Of a stretch of DNA of 64,000 nucleotides, positions 20,815-31,128 are shown piece by piece. The position numbers were made by a program, and so were the translations under genes. Source of the stretch: Mycobacteriales bacterium (GTDB lineage: Bacteria > Actinomycetota > Actinomycetes > JAFAQI01); NCBI GenBank assembly GCA_035545635.1, contig DASZXY010000013.1:184207-248206 (forward strand), in the 5' to 3' direction. The number at the start of each line of letters is the position of its first letter. Positions within the stretch are counted from its first letter, which is position 1. The notes beneath the pieces are model-generated. The model saw only the letters and a list, made by a program, of their open reading frames with translations. It had not been told where the DNA came from and did not search any database.

Positions 20815-22098
20815 TCAGCCCTTCCAGCGGCCTTCGGGAGTCAAGTCGTAGAACCGGATCGCGTTGCCACGCACGATCTTTTCGACAATGTCGTCGTCGA
20901 GGTGCTTCATCTGCTGCTCGGCGACTGCGCGGGTGTTCGGCCAGGTCGAGTCGGAGTGCGGGTAGTCGCTCTCGTAAGCGATGTTGTTGACGCCGACAGC
21001 CTCGACATTCATCAAGCCGTGCGGGTCGTCGAAGAAGCAACCGAGGACGTGCTCGTAGTAGAGCTCGCTCGGCGGACGCTTGACCGTGTCGGCGACGCCA
21101 CCCCAACCGCGGTTCTCCTCCCACACCACGTCCGCGCGGTGCAGCACATAGGGGATCCAGCCGATCGATCCCTCGGAGAACGCGATCTTCAGCGTCGGGA
21201 AGCGCTCCAGCGCGCCGCACATCAGCCAGTCGACGAGCGAGTAGCAGGAGTTGGCGAACGTCAGCGTCGAGCCGACCGCGGCGGGTGCGTCCTTCGACGT
21301 TGACGGCATCTTCGACGACGAGCCGATGTGCATGTTGATGACGGTGCCGGTCTCCGCGCATGCCTGGAAGAACGGGTCCCAGTAACGGTTCTTGTCGTGC
21401 ACGCTCGGCAGGTCGAGGAACGGCGGGATCTCGGAGAAGCACGTCGCGCGCACGCCACGCGCCGCGTTGCGTCGCACCTCTTGCGCCGCGAGTTCCGCGT
21501 CCCACAACGGCACGATGATCAGTGGGATGAGCCGGCCGTCGGCGTCGCCGCACCACTCTTCGACCTGGAAGTCGTTGTAGGCCTTCACGCACTCGAGCGC
21601 GACGTCCTTGTCCTTGGCCTCGAGGAAGGTCTGGCCACAGAACCGCGGGAACGTGGGGAAGCACATCTGGGACTCGGTCCAGTTGGCGTCCATGTCCTCG
21701 AGGCGCTCCTTTACGGAGTAGGCCCCGGTGCGCATCTGGTCGTAGCCCACGAGCCGGAGGTCGACCTCGTCACGGTCGTAACCGACGGAGGCGTCGAGCC
21801 GCATCAGCGGGCGCTTGAGCGACTCGTAGGTCCACCACGCGACGTCAGGACCGCTGCCCGGCTCGCCCATCGAAACCGTGAGCTTGCCGCCGACGAACGT
21901 CACGTCACCCTTGGGCGCGAAGACGACCTTCGGGCCCTTTTCCTTCATGGCGGCCGGGAGCCGGTCCTGCCACAGGTTCGGGGGCTCGACCACGTGGTCA
22001 TCGACCGACACGATCTTCGGGAACTCGTCCATGACGGCAACCCTACCTGTTTCTGACGGGTCGTCAGATTTAGACTTCGGCGATGAAGCGAACGGCAT
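20815..22098 (-). CDS. Amidohydrolase-2 family metal-dependent hydrolase
   Basis: ACMSD-like TIM-barrel hydrolase. An alternative start is the ATG at 22032 (MDEFPKIV). Confidence 0.8.
   Translation of the reverse strand: MPFASSPKSKSDDPSETGRVAVMDEFPKIVSVDDHVVEPPNLWQDRLPAAMKEKGPKVVFAPKGDVTFVGGKLTVSMGEPGSGPDVAWWTYESLKRPLMRLDASVGYDRDEVDLRLVGYDQMRTGAYSVKERLEDMDANWTESQMCFPTFPRFCGQTFLEAKDKDVALECVKAYNDFQVEEWCGDADGRLIPLIIVPLWDAELAAQEVRRNAARGVRATCFSEIPPFLDLPSVHDKNRYWDPFFQACAETGTVINMHIGSSSKMPSTSKDAPAAVGSTLTFANSCYSLVDWLMCGALERFPTLKIAFSEGSIGWIPYVLHRADVVWEENRGWGGVADTVKRPPSELYYEHVLGCFFDDPHGLMNVEAVGVNNIAYESDYPHSDSTWPNTRAVAEQQMKHLDDDIVEKIVRGNAIRFYDLTPEGRWKG
22052..22069. promoter_or_regulatory. Palindrome TCTGACGGGTCGTCAGAT (site C)
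   Basis: Perfect 18-bp inverted repeat in the divergent spacer between the amidohydrolase and the secreted hydrolase. Confidence 0.55.
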
Positions 22099-24260
22099 TC
22101 GGGTGTGTTCTCGCCGCCCTGCTCGGTGGCATCAGCCCGGCCGCATTCGCCACACCATCGGGGCATCGGCTGCCCCCCGCGATCCACATCGAGATCCCGC
22201 GGTCGCATCTGTCGGGCCTGCCCGCCGACGGGCCGCCCGCGCTGTACCGGCACGAGCCGAGCCTGCCGGCTGCGGCCGGATGGCCCGGCAGCAAGACCGC
22301 CTTCTCACGGACCTCGGGCACGGGCCGGCTGGCCGATGGCGGGCTGTACTGGACCGACTGGCTCTACGACGACCACGGCACCACCACAGCCTCGATCGGT
22401 GACCCGTCCGTCACTGCCGGGTCGCCCACGTTCGGCCTCTACACCTACCCGGCGGGCCCCGCGGACGGGAACGGCGCCGACATCTTCCGAGCCGCCGTGC
22501 TCGACCGTCCGCATGCGACGTACTGGCGGGTCGACTGGAACACGTTGGCGGCCGCCGACGTTCCGATCGCCGAGTGGACGTTCGACCGCGACGACAACGC
22601 TGCGACCGGCGTGAGCGACTGGACTGCCGGCGCGGGCGTGCACTCGCCCGGAATCGACACAGCGCTGACGATGACGAGCCACGAAGCGCAGCTGATCTCT
22701 CTGGTCACCGGCAAGGTGCTGAAGAAGCTGCCCGTGACCGTCGACGAGGCCGCGCAGTCGTTCGTCACGCGGATCCCGAAGTCCGTTCTGCGACCGTCCG
22801 GCAGCTGGCGAATCCGGCTCGCCGCGGGCCTCTCCAGCTCGGGCGATACCGGGTTCGCCACCCCACCGGACGCGCTGCCCGGCCAGCCGTCGGTCTACAA
22901 CGTCACCTTCCGCCGCGCCGACCAGGAGCGGATCGCCGACGACTTCTGGGACGACCAGGGACAGACCAGCGCACTGCGGAGTGGTGACGTCAGCGGGTTC
23001 TCGAAGGTGGTGCGCTGGTCCGACCTGGCGCGGCACGTCCGGACCGACCCGCCACAGCCGAAGGGGTGGAGCGATCGCTGGTACGTCTCTGCGGTGAAGC
23101 TCGGCGACGGCATCGTCACCGACCCGTCGAGCATCGAGGACAGCGCACCCAACTATCTCGGGCGGGTGCAGCCCTACGGCGTGTACATCCCAAAGTCGTA
23201 CCAGCCGTCGCACCCGGCGCCGCTGACGTTCCTGCTGCACTCACTAACCCAGAACCACAACCAGTACGCCGCGACGACGCCCAACTTCAGCGAGCTCGCC
23301 TGTGAGGACCGGCACTCGATCTGCGTGACGACACTGGGCCGCGGTCCCGACGGCGACTATTTCGACTATGCCGAACTCGACTTCTGGCAGGTCTGGCACT
23401 CGGTCGCCGCCGCCTTCAACCTCGACCCCGAGCGAACCGTCCTCTGCGGATATTCGATGGGGGGCCTCGGCACCAACGCCCTGGCGATGGCGCACCCGGA
23501 CCTGTTCGCCAAGGCGGTGACGCTGGCAGGCGCCGTCGGGAACGTGGCGACGCTGTCCAACCTGAAGTGGGTGCCGACCTACCTCGCAGGTGGCGTCACT
23601 GACGAGCTCGTCCCGGTGACGATCGAGAAGGGCGAAGCCGATGGGCTCGCCGCGCTGGGGTATCGCTACCGGTGGGTGGTCTATCCCGCGGTCGACCATG
23701 TCATCTTCGAGCTCGCCGACAGCTTCGCCGACGCCGCGGCGTACATGGGGAACGCGAAGCGGGTGCGCAACCCCGGCGACTTCTCCTTCTCCTGGGAACC
23801 GGCCAACGGCGGCGGGCTCGGCGGTGACCAGATCACCAGCGGCGGGATCGCGTGGACCCAGCTGCCGAAGTACGGCGTCGGGACGACCGGCGACTACTGG
23901 GTCCGGCACCTCGTGGCCCGGTCCGTGAAGGACATGGCAACCGTCGACGCCTCCTCCGGCGAACGGCCGGAGCGATCGGTGACGGCCCACGCCGCGCACC
24001 ACATCGCGGTGCAGGGTCCGGGACCTGGCATCGCCTCCCAGCTGACCTGGACCCGCGGCCGGCGACCGGCCGCCGAGCCGCTGATCACGCTGCACCTGAA
24101 GAACGTGAGCTCACTCGCGGTGCTGCTGCACGGAGCCGGATTTCGCGCCGGCCAGCAGGGCGAGCTGGGGGTGACAACAGATGGCCCGACCGTCCTACAC
24201 CTGGGGCAACGAACGATTCACCTCGGCAAGGGCCGCACGACCGTGCACTTCGCGACCTGA
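22083..24260 (+). CDS. Secreted alpha/beta-hydrolase (esterase/depolymerase-like), 725 aa
   Basis: Signal peptide MKRTAFGCVLAALLGGISPAAFA. GYSMGG nucleophile elbow in the C-terminal half. The large N-terminal domain is unassigned. Confidence 0.65.
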   Translation: MKRTAFGCVLAALLGGISPAAFATPSGHRLPPAIHIEIPRSHLSGLPADGPPALYRHEPSLPAAAGWPGSKTAFSRTSGTGRLADGGLYWTDWLYDDHGTTTASIGDPSVTAGSPTFGLYTYPAGPADGNGADIFRAAVLDRPHATYWRVDWNTLAAADVPIAEWTFDRDDNAATGVSDWTAGAGVHSPGIDTALTMTSHEAQLISLVTGKVLKKLPVTVDEAAQSFVTRIPKSVLRPSGSWRIRLAAGLSSSGDTGFATPPDALPGQPSVYNVTFRRADQERIADDFWDDQGQTSALRSGDVSGFSKVVRWSDLARHVRTDPPQPKGWSDRWYVSAVKLGDGIVTDPSSIEDSAPNYLGRVQPYGVYIPKSYQPSHPAPLTFLLHSLTQNHNQYAATTPNFSELACEDRHSICVTTLGRGPDGDYFDYAELDFWQVWHSVAAAFNLDPERTVLCGYSMGGLGTNALAMAHPDLFAKAVTLAGAVGNVATLSNLKWVPTYLAGGVTDELVPVTIEKGEADGLAALGYRYRWVVYPAVDHVIFELADSFADAAAYMGNAKRVRNPGDFSFSWEPANGGGLGGDQITSGGIAWTQLPKYGVGTTGDYWVRHLVARSVKDMATVDASSGERPERSVTAHAAHHIAVQGPGPGIASQLTWTRGRRPAAEPLITLHLKNVSSLAVLLHGAGFRAGQQGELGVTTDGPTVLHLGQRTIHLGKGRTTVHFAT

Positions 24261-24269
24261 CGTCGTAAC

Positions 24270-24737
24270 GTGCCTGCTATGACGATGACTGCCCCGCGCC
24301 CGCTCGCCATTCACATCGGCGCCGACGAGCTGCCGTTCGTGGACTACGGCGGCGGCAACATGATGAAGGTGCTCCTGATCGACGAGGCCGAGAGCCTCTG
24401 GATCGTGGAGAACATCTTCAAGGCCGGCTTCGAGACCCAGACCCACCGTCACACCGGCCCGGTCTTCGGCTACACGGTGTCAGGCGCGTGGAAGTACAAG
24501 GAGTACGACTACGTGAACCGCGCGGGCTCGTTCCTCTATGAGCCGGCCAACTCGGTGCACACGCTCGAGATCCTCGAGGACAACACGCAGGTTTGGTTCC
24601 AGATGTATGGCATGAACCTCAACCTTCGCGAGGACGGCAGCGTCGAGTCGGTCACCGACGGCGCGGGGACGCTGGGCGCGTACCTGCACCTCGCCGAGAA
24701 GCAGGGTCACGGGCGACCGAACGTGCTGGTGCTTTGA
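24270..24737 (+). CDS. Cupin-domain protein (2,4'-dihydroxyacetophenone-dioxygenase-like)
   Basis: 155 aa. Cupin His/Glu pattern (HRHTGP...H). Confidence 0.55.
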   Translation: MPAMTMTAPRPLAIHIGADELPFVDYGGGNMMKVLLIDEAESLWIVENIFKAGFETQTHRHTGPVFGYTVSGAWKYKEYDYVNRAGSFLYEPANSVHTLEILEDNTQVWFQMYGMNLNLREDGSVESVTDGAGTLGAYLHLAEKQGHGRPNVLVL

Positions 24738-25918
24738 CAGCACAGATCGATCTTTCGGACCCGGACACCTATCTCGACGGTCCGCCGCACGACTACTTCA
24801 CCGAGCTTCGTGCCAGCGACCCGGTGCATTGGCAGCCGATGGGTGACCGCGGCTACTGGGTGATCACCAAGCACCGCGACGTCGAGACGGTCGCGCGGCA
24901 GCCCCTCCTGTTCTCCTCCGCCGAACGCGGCATCGTGCTCGAGGACCTCGACGGCGAGCGGCTCGAGCAGATGCGCGGGATGCTGCTCGCGATGGACCCG
25001 CCAAAGCACCGGCAGGTCCGCAAGCCGCTCACGCCTCGCATGACCCCGCGCGCGCTGTCCGGGCTGGCCGAGGGCATCCGCGAGATCTGCAAGGACATCT
25101 TCGAGGTGGCAGCACAACAACGGGACGTCGAGTTCGTCGACGACGTCGCCGCCGCGCTACCGACGCGGGTCGTCGGTGCGCTCATGGGCCTGCCGCGCGA
25201 AGACTGGGAACGCGTCCACCGGATGTCCGAGGCCATCACGCACGGCCAGGATCCCGACTACGTCAACAAGTCCGGCGACGCCGCGGACGCCACCACTGCG
25301 ATGGGCACGTACGCCTACCAGTTCGCCGTCGACCGCGCTAGCCGCGAGCCGGTCGGTGACGGCGACATCACCGACGCGATGCTCGCGGTGATGGACCCGG
25401 TCGCGTTCGCGATGTTGTTCATCCAGCTGGTGACCGCCGGCCAGGACACGACCCAAACGATGCTGTCTTCGGGCCTGCTCGCTCTCCTCGACCATCCCGA
25501 GCAGCTCGTGCTGCTTCGCGACGAACCCGGGCGGATCCCCGCGGCGATCGAGGAGATCGTGCGATGGGCCAACCCACTGCACTACTTCCGTCGTACGGCG
25601 ACAGCGGACACCGTGATCGGCGACACGAGGATCGCCGCCGGCGATGCCGTGGCGATGTACTACACGTCCTGCAACCGCGACGAAGACGTGTTCGCGGACA
25701 GCCAGGCGTTCGACATCACACGCTCCCCCAACAAGCACCTCGGCTTCGGCCAGGCCGAGCACTTCTGCGTCGGCGTACACCTCGCCCGGCTCGAAGGCCG
25801 CATTTTCTTCGAGGAGCTGTTCAGCCGCTTTCAGACGATCGAGCTGACGGGCACCCCGAAGCGCCTGCGGTCCAACCTCAACAACTCCTACAAGGAGATG
25901 AAGGTCCGCCTCAGCTAA
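24734..25918 (+). CDS. Cytochrome P450
   Basis: Heme loop FGQAEHFCVGVHLA, EEIVRW (ExxR), I-helix AGQDTT. A TTG at 24734 in a TTGA overlap gives a canonical P450 N-terminus MTAQIDLSDPDTY. Confidence 0.88.
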   Translation: MTAQIDLSDPDTYLDGPPHDYFTELRASDPVHWQPMGDRGYWVITKHRDVETVARQPLLFSSAERGIVLEDLDGERLEQMRGMLLAMDPPKHRQVRKPLTPRMTPRALSGLAEGIREICKDIFEVAAQQRDVEFVDDVAAALPTRVVGALMGLPREDWERVHRMSEAITHGQDPDYVNKSGDAADATTAMGTYAYQFAVDRASREPVGDGDITDAMLAVMDPVAFAMLFIQLVTAGQDTTQTMLSSGLLALLDHPEQLVLLRDEPGRIPAAIEEIVRWANPLHYFRRTATADTVIGDTRIAAGDAVAMYYTSCNRDEDVFADSQAFDITRSPNKHLGFGQAEHFCVGVHLARLEGRIFFEELFSRFQTIELTGTPKRLRSNLNNSYKEMKVRLS

Positions 25919-27297
25919 AGCAGGCCCGGCGCTTCCTGTAGTTCGTCGATGAGTCCCTTGGTCGGGACCGTGCCGTCGCACACGATGATGTTGCAGCTCG
26001 GGCTGGCCGCGATGTCGCGCGCCAGGACCCGAGGGTCGATGAAGTTCAACGGGTTGAGATCGAGGTCGATCCCGCCGCCGGCGTATGGCCCGGGGTCTCG
26101 ATAGTGCACATCCTTCACCGACTTCATCAGCGCACGGAAGAAGTCGTACTGCAGGTTCCCCGGCGCTGCGCCGAGCACGATCGTCGGATCGGGATAGGTG
26201 TCGCCGAACCAACCGGTCGTCGTGACGGTCATGTGCAGGCTCGGGATCATCAGGTTGAGCTGACCGCCGGTGCCGTTCATCTGGTACATGTCGTGCGGTG
26301 CCGACGGCACGGCCCGGTGAGGCAGGGTCTCGGCGGCGGGGATGTTGGCTCCGGTGCACGGCCGGCCTCGGTTAGTCCAGTAGAGCAACCCGTAACACCC
26401 GTTGGTGCGGCTGGGGACGCTCACCTTCGACACGTAGCGCGCCGGGACGACCTGGCGCCCGCGCCAGCGACCGTGGTTCTGCATGAGCAGGCCGAGCCGC
26501 GCCATCTGCGCCGGCGTGAGGAACAGATTGCTGTAGCCGTACGGCGTGCCGGAGCGATCTTCGAGCCAAAGCCAGCTCCCGGCCTTGATCCCGACCGGAC
26601 CGAACAGCACGCGTTGCGCATAGGTCGCGAGGTTGGTGTGCACCGCGCGCTGCACGACGAAGGCAAGCAGCGCAGGACCCAACTGGCTGTACTCGAAATG
26701 AGTGCCCGGCTTGTGCACGATCGGCTGCGCGAGTGCCTCCTGCGCAAGGTTGGGGTCGGTGCCCGTCGTACCAGCCTCCGCCAGGATCGCCTCAGCTATG
26801 CCCGAGGTTTGGGTGAGCAGCTGGTGCACGGTGATCGCGCGGTGCGCGCGGTCGCCCCACGCCGGCCCCTGCGGGAGGTAGCGACCGACCGGCGCCGACA
26901 TCCGTAGCTTGCCCTGATGAATGGCGATGCCGGTCAGTGCCGACGTCACCGACTTGGTGACGCTGAAGAGGTTGTTGTGCGACGCCCCGGTCAGCGCATT
27001 GAGATGGTCGCCCGCGACGAGGCAGTTGTTGCGAAACACCTGGACGCTGGTGCGGTTGTGCACGCTCAGCTCATCGACCGCGGCCTGGAGCTTCGCGCCG
27101 TCAAGCCGCTCCTGCGCGGGAGTCGCGGTGGAGAAGGCCTGGCCTGCCGAAGGAAGTCGGCAGTGCTTGACCCCCGGACGCGCCGCGGCGTGGGCCGGCA
27201 AACCCGCCAGCAGCGGGACGAACGCCGCGAAAACCGCGGTGATCTTGATGAAGAAGGCGCTATGAGGCCCCGAATGCGCCTTCTTCGTCAAGATCAC
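25915..27297 (-). CDS. Secreted serine hydrolase (beta-lactamase / PBP class-C fold)
   Basis: SVTK (SxxK) active site and YxN-like motifs. A GTG start at 27297 gives a signal peptide VILTKKAHSGPHSAFFIKITAVFAAFVPLLAGLPAHA. The 75 codons further upstream look non-coding. Confidence 0.75.
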   Translation of the reverse strand: MILTKKAHSGPHSAFFIKITAVFAAFVPLLAGLPAHAAARPGVKHCRLPSAGQAFSTATPAQERLDGAKLQAAVDELSVHNRTSVQVFRNNCLVAGDHLNALTGASHNNLFSVTKSVTSALTGIAIHQGKLRMSAPVGRYLPQGPAWGDRAHRAITVHQLLTQTSGIAEAILAEAGTTGTDPNLAQEALAQPIVHKPGTHFEYSQLGPALLAFVVQRAVHTNLATYAQRVLFGPVGIKAGSWLWLEDRSGTPYGYSNLFLTPAQMARLGLLMQNHGRWRGRQVVPARYVSKVSVPSRTNGCYGLLYWTNRGRPCTGANIPAAETLPHRAVPSAPHDMYQMNGTGGQLNLMIPSLHMTVTTTGWFGDTYPDPTIVLGAAPGNLQYDFFRALMKSVKDVHYRDPGPYAGGGIDLDLNPLNFIDPRVLARDIAASPSCNIIVCDGTVPTKGLIDELQEAPGLL

Positions 27298-27302
27298 GGC
27301 TG

Positions 27303-27854
27303 TCAGGCGGGGCGGGACTCGACCAGGCGGACCAGGGGGATCTTGCGTTCGGTCTTCGTCTGGTAGTCCGCGTAGTGGGGCCGGTCTTCGAGCATCGCGG
27401 CCCAGGTCGCGTCGTACTCCTCGCCCTCGAGGATCTCCGGCACCGACCAGTAGGTCCCACCTTGCACGCGGACGAAGACCTCCGGGTTCGCGGCGCGGTC
27501 GGAGAGGTTCAGGAACCACGCGGGATGCTTCTCGGCCCCTGCGAATGACCCGACCACGACGCGAACGCCGTTCGGATCCCGCCAGAACGGCAGGGCGACC
27601 TTGTGCTCGCGCCCGCTGCGCCGTCCGATCGTGCGGAGCAGCACGTGATGCATGTTGACCCAGACCCAGACGCTGTCCTCGTCGGAGCTCTCCATCATCT
27701 CGACGTGCTGAGCGCTGATCGCAACGATCTCGTCACGCGTAGGCGTTGTGAAGTCCGTAGACCGTTGTGAGGTCACGCCAGGCACCGTACTCTGCAACCT
27801 GACAGAACCTGACGAGGCGTCAGATTTCGCCACGACGTCGCTCGCTGCGCTCAC
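27303..27854 (-). CDS. Ddn-like deazaflavin (F420H2)-dependent nitroreductase family protein
   Basis: C-terminal 130 aa resemble Ddn/PA-824 nitroreductase split-barrel proteins (RRSGREHKVALPFWRD...KHPAWFLNL). The start is uncertain, either 27854 or an internal Met. Confidence 0.55.
   Translation of the reverse strand: MSAASDVVAKSDASSGSVRLQSTVPGVTSQRSTDFTTPTRDEIVAISAQHVEMMESSDEDSVWVWVNMHHVLLRTIGRRSGREHKVALPFWRDPNGVRVVVGSFAGAEKHPAWFLNLSDRAANPEVFVRVQGGTYWSVPEILEGEEYDATWAAMLEDRPHYADYQTKTERKIPLVRLVESRPA
27808..27825. promoter_or_regulatory. Palindrome CCTGACGAGGCGTCAGAT (site D)
   Basis: TGACG-AGG-CGTCA preceded by the direct repeat AACCTGAC x2. Lies upstream of NMO paralog 2. Confidence 0.5.
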
Positions 27855-27875
27855 AACGCCGCGGGCCCCGATGCC
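27841..27875. repeat. Spacer element R4 (CGCTCACAACGCCGCGGGCCCCGATG)
   Basis: Shares the CACAAC-CCGCGGG-CCCCGA(A)ATG core with R3. Confidence 0.55.
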
Positions 27876-27913
27876 GTGGCGGGCTTGGACTGAAGAGCTA
27901 CGGAGGCAACTGA

Positions 27914-29044
27914 GTGCGCACGCCGGTCTGCGAGAAGTTCGGGATCGAGTTCCCGATCTTCGCGTTCTCCCACTGCCGCGACGTGGTTGCCGCCGTCAGC
28001 CGGGCCGGGGGCCTCGGGGTTCTCGGCGCGCTCGCCTACACCTCCGAAGAGCTCGAGATCGAGCTGAAGTGGATCGAGGACCACTGCGACGGCAAGCCGT
28101 ACGGCGTGGACCTCGTGATGCCGGCCAACTACATCGGCAAGGGCGACAAGCAGCCCTCCGAGGACGAGCTGCGCGCGATGATCCCGCAGGAGTACTGGGA
28201 CTTCCTCGACAGCATCATGGACGAGTACGGCGTCCCACCACTGCCGGAGGACGTCGACCTCGGCCGCGCCAAGACGGCGGGCCTCGGTGTCGACGACCAG
28301 GCAGGACGCTCGGTCGACGTGGCGCTGAGCTACCCCAACGTCCGGCTGCTCGTGAACGCACTCGGTCCGCCGCCGGAGGACGTGGTCAAGAAGGCGCACG
28401 ACCACGGCGTACTGGTCGGCGCGCTGATCGGCAGCCAGCACCACGCGCAGAAGCAGATCGACATCGGCGTCGACATCATCGTCGCGCAGGGAACCGAGGC
28501 CGGCGGCCATACCGGCGAGATCGCCACGATGGTGCTCGTGCCGGAGATCGTCGACGCCGTCGGCGACCAGGTTCCGGTCCTCGCTGCAGGCGGTATCGGT
28601 TCCGGACGTCAGATGGCGGCGGCGCTCGCGCTCGGCGCGCAGGGCGTGTGGACCGGCTCGATCTGGCTGACCGTGGCCGAGGCCGACACCCAGCCCGAGC
28701 CGCTCGCGAACCTGCTCGCCGCCGACTCGCGCGGCACGGTCCGGTCCAAGACGATGACCGGCAAGCCCGCCCGCCAGCTTCGTACGGCGTGGACCGACGC
28801 GTGGGAGCGCGAGGGCGCGCCCAAGACGCTGCCGATGCCGCTGCAGGGAATCCTCTGGAACGCAATGGCGCGCCGCGTGAGCCGTTCCAAGACCAAGGAG
28901 CTCTCTGGCTTTCCGGTCGGTCAGATCGTCGGCCGCATGAACAAGGTGCGCCCGACCCAGGAGGTCATGCTCGATCTGGTTCAGGAGTGGATCGCCACGA
29001 CCGAGCGGCTGTCCGCCATGCTCGAAGACTCGGCGAGCGGCTGA
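27914..29044 (+). CDS. Nitronate monooxygenase family protein, paralog 2
   Basis: Same family as 17866..18999, with a near-identical N-terminus (GIEFPIFAFSHCRDVVAAVSRAGGLGVLGA). GTG start. Confidence 0.9.
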   Translation: MRTPVCEKFGIEFPIFAFSHCRDVVAAVSRAGGLGVLGALAYTSEELEIELKWIEDHCDGKPYGVDLVMPANYIGKGDKQPSEDELRAMIPQEYWDFLDSIMDEYGVPPLPEDVDLGRAKTAGLGVDDQAGRSVDVALSYPNVRLLVNALGPPPEDVVKKAHDHGVLVGALIGSQHHAQKQIDIGVDIIVAQGTEAGGHTGEIATMVLVPEIVDAVGDQVPVLAAGGIGSGRQMAAALALGAQGVWTGSIWLTVAEADTQPEPLANLLAADSRGTVRSKTMTGKPARQLRTAWTDAWEREGAPKTLPMPLQGILWNAMARRVSRSKTKELSGFPVGQIVGRMNKVRPTQEVMLDLVQEWIATTERLSAMLEDSASG

Positions 29045-29051
29045 GCTGACG

Positions 29052-29567
29052 GTGGGAACCAACCAGCGGTCGGCGATCGTGCTGACCGACGAGGAGATCG
29101 ACGACTTCCTCGCCGGCTCACGGTCGATGACGCTCGCCACGGTCGGTGCTGACGGCACTCCGCACCTCGTGGCGATGTGGTACGCCGTCATCGACGGCGA
29201 CATCTGCTTCGAGACGAAGGCGAAGTCCCAGAAGGCCGTCAACCTGAGGCGAAACCCAAAGGTCAGCTGCCTCGTCGAAGATGGCATGACGTACGAAGAG
29301 CTCCGCGGCGTCGCGATCGAAGGCACCGCGGAGGTCGTCGACGACCCGGATCTGCTCTGGAAGATCGGGATCAGCGTCTGGGAGCGCTACTACGCGCCGT
29401 ACACCGACGAAGTGAAGCCCTTCGTCGAGACGATGCTGAACAAGCGCGTCGCGGTCCGCGTGAAATCTGAGCGCGTGCGCTCTTGGGACCACCGCAAGCT
29501 CGGGATGGCCTCGACAGGGCCGCCCGGAGGATCAACGATGACAGCAACCGGCCGCCGACCCCGCTAA
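29052..29567 (+). CDS. PPOX-class (pyridoxamine 5'-phosphate oxidase-like) probable F420-dependent protein
   Basis: Split-barrel flavin-binding signature (LATVGADGTPHLVAMWY...RRNPKVS). Confidence 0.6.
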   Translation: MGTNQRSAIVLTDEEIDDFLAGSRSMTLATVGADGTPHLVAMWYAVIDGDICFETKAKSQKAVNLRRNPKVSCLVEDGMTYEELRGVAIEGTAEVVDDPDLLWKIGISVWERYYAPYTDEVKPFVETMLNKRVAVRVKSERVRSWDHRKLGMASTGPPGGSTMTATGRRPR

Positions 29568-29600
29568 GGCCCGCCCCACCCCACGAGGCGAAGGAGTCAC

Positions 29601-31118
29601 ATGCGCACCCCCCGCGCAGCTGTACTGGTGATGATGGCCGGACTGATCGCCACGGCCTGTGGCGCCCGGCTTCCTGCCGACGTGCAGACGAAGGCTCAAA
29701 GCGCCGTCCTCAACCCCAACACCGGTTCGAGCGGTGTGGGCACGACGACGGGCGGAAGCACCGACACCACCGGCGGCGTCGACACGACCGGTGGCGGCAC
29801 GACGACGACCGGGGGCACCGGCACCACCGGTAGCGGTACGACGACCGGGGGCACCGGCACCACCGGTAGCGGTACGACGGCGGGCGGCCACGGCACCAAG
29901 CCGGGCACGACGCAGACGCAGGCCGCGGGGCCGGCTTGTGGCAAGGGCACCGACGTCGGCCTGACCGCCTCCGACGTCACGATCGGCACGATCGCCGATG
30001 TGACCGGACCCGTGAGCGGCCTGTTCCAGGGTGCGCAGCAGGGCATGCTCACGTTCGCGAACTTCATCAACCAGACGCAGGGCGGGATCTGCGGCCACCA
30101 CGTCAACGTCGCATTCCGCGACGGTGGCACCAACTGCACTCAGACCCAGAACGCCGCTTCCGATCTCGTCAACAAGGTCTTCGCGTTCGTCGGGAGCTTC
30201 GCGCTGTACGACAACTGCGCCGCTTCGGTGCTCCAGCAGCACCCGACCGTGCCGGACATCCATGACTCGCTCGACCCGGCGGCGGGCAAGCTCTCGAACC
30301 ACTTCGACATCGAGCCCGGCGAGCTCGGCTACGCCTCCGGCCCGTTCGAGTACTTCAAGCAGAAGTACGGCGACAAGGTTCTGCACGTCGGCACGATCGC
30401 CGAGGACCTCAGCTCGGCTCTGGCAAAGCAGCACGCGATCGTGCACGCGGCGGAGTCGGCCGGCTGGAAGTTCGTGTACTCGCAGAACGAGCAGCCGACG
30501 AACAGCAACTTCCAGCAGGACTTCGTCACGATGTGCAGCCGCAAGCACATCCAGATCTTCTTCACGGTCACCGAGAACGCGCAGAACGCCGCGACGATGA
30601 TCCAGAACGAGAACCAGGCGGGCTGCCCGAAGACGCTGATCAACATCATCCCGATCGCGTACGACCAGGCATTCCTCGACGCCTTCAAGGGCAACACGGG
30701 AGCGATCGAGAACCTGCAGGGCTACAACCAGTACGCGATGTTCTTCAACCCCGAAGACGGTGCGCAGATCCCAGAGCTGAAGCTGTTCCAGGAATGGTTC
30801 CAGCGCACCTATCCGAACCAGCCCGCCAATCTCTATGCGATGTTCGCGTGGGCATCGGGCCGGCTGTTCCAGCAGGCGATGGAGAACGCCGGACCCACCC
30901 TCAACCGCAAGACCGTCCTGGCGGCGCTGCACAAGATCAAGAACTTCGACGCCAACGGCATGATCTCGCCGGAGACGCCGAGCTCGAAGTCCACCGGCGT
31001 GCACTGCTACATCCTGTGGCAGTTCAAGGACGGCAAGTTCCAGCGACAGGCCGACCCGCCGATCTCGGGCCCGACCAAGGGCTATCGCTGCGACGGCAGA
31101 TTCGTGCCGGCGTCATAG
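29601..31118 (+). CDS. ABC transporter substrate-binding lipoprotein (LivJ/branched-chain amino acid/amide family)
   Basis: Lipobox LIATAC, then a long Gly/Thr-rich linker and a type-I periplasmic binding fold. Strong RBS GAAGGAG. Confidence 0.85.
   Translation: MRTPRAAVLVMMAGLIATACGARLPADVQTKAQSAVLNPNTGSSGVGTTTGGSTDTTGGVDTTGGGTTTTGGTGTTGSGTTTGGTGTTGSGTTAGGHGTKPGTTQTQAAGPACGKGTDVGLTASDVTIGTIADVTGPVSGLFQGAQQGMLTFANFINQTQGGICGHHVNVAFRDGGTNCTQTQNAASDLVNKVFAFVGSFALYDNCAASVLQQHPTVPDIHDSLDPAAGKLSNHFDIEPGELGYASGPFEYFKQKYGDKVLHVGTIAEDLSSALAKQHAIVHAAESAGWKFVYSQNEQPTNSNFQQDFVTMCSRKHIQIFFTVTENAQNAATMIQNENQAGCPKTLINIIPIAYDQAFLDAFKGNTGAIENLQGYNQYAMFFNPEDGAQIPELKLFQEWFQRTYPNQPANLYAMFAWASGRLFQQAMENAGPTLNRKTVLAALHKIKNFDANGMISPETPSSKSTGVHCYILWQFKDGKFQRQADPPISGPTKGYRCDGRFVPAS
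29808..29879. repeat. Perfect 36-bp tandem duplication x2 (ACCGGGGGCACCGGCACCACCGGTAGCGGTACGACG)
   Basis: Inside the Gly/Thr linker of the SBP. It encodes TGGTGTTGSGTT twice, in frame. Confidence 0.9.
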
Positions 31119-31128
31119 GAGCCTCCCG

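Noticed and set aside
27748-29049. 433-aa plus-strand ORF in another frame of NMO paralog 2
   Set aside because: Arg/Gly/Pro-rich alternative frame of a well-supported gene. The ATG ending the R4 repeat happens to fall in this frame, and the frame stays open only because of GC content.
27851-29326. 491-aa minus-strand ORF
   Set aside because: Antisense to NMO2 and the PPOX gene. No domain features.
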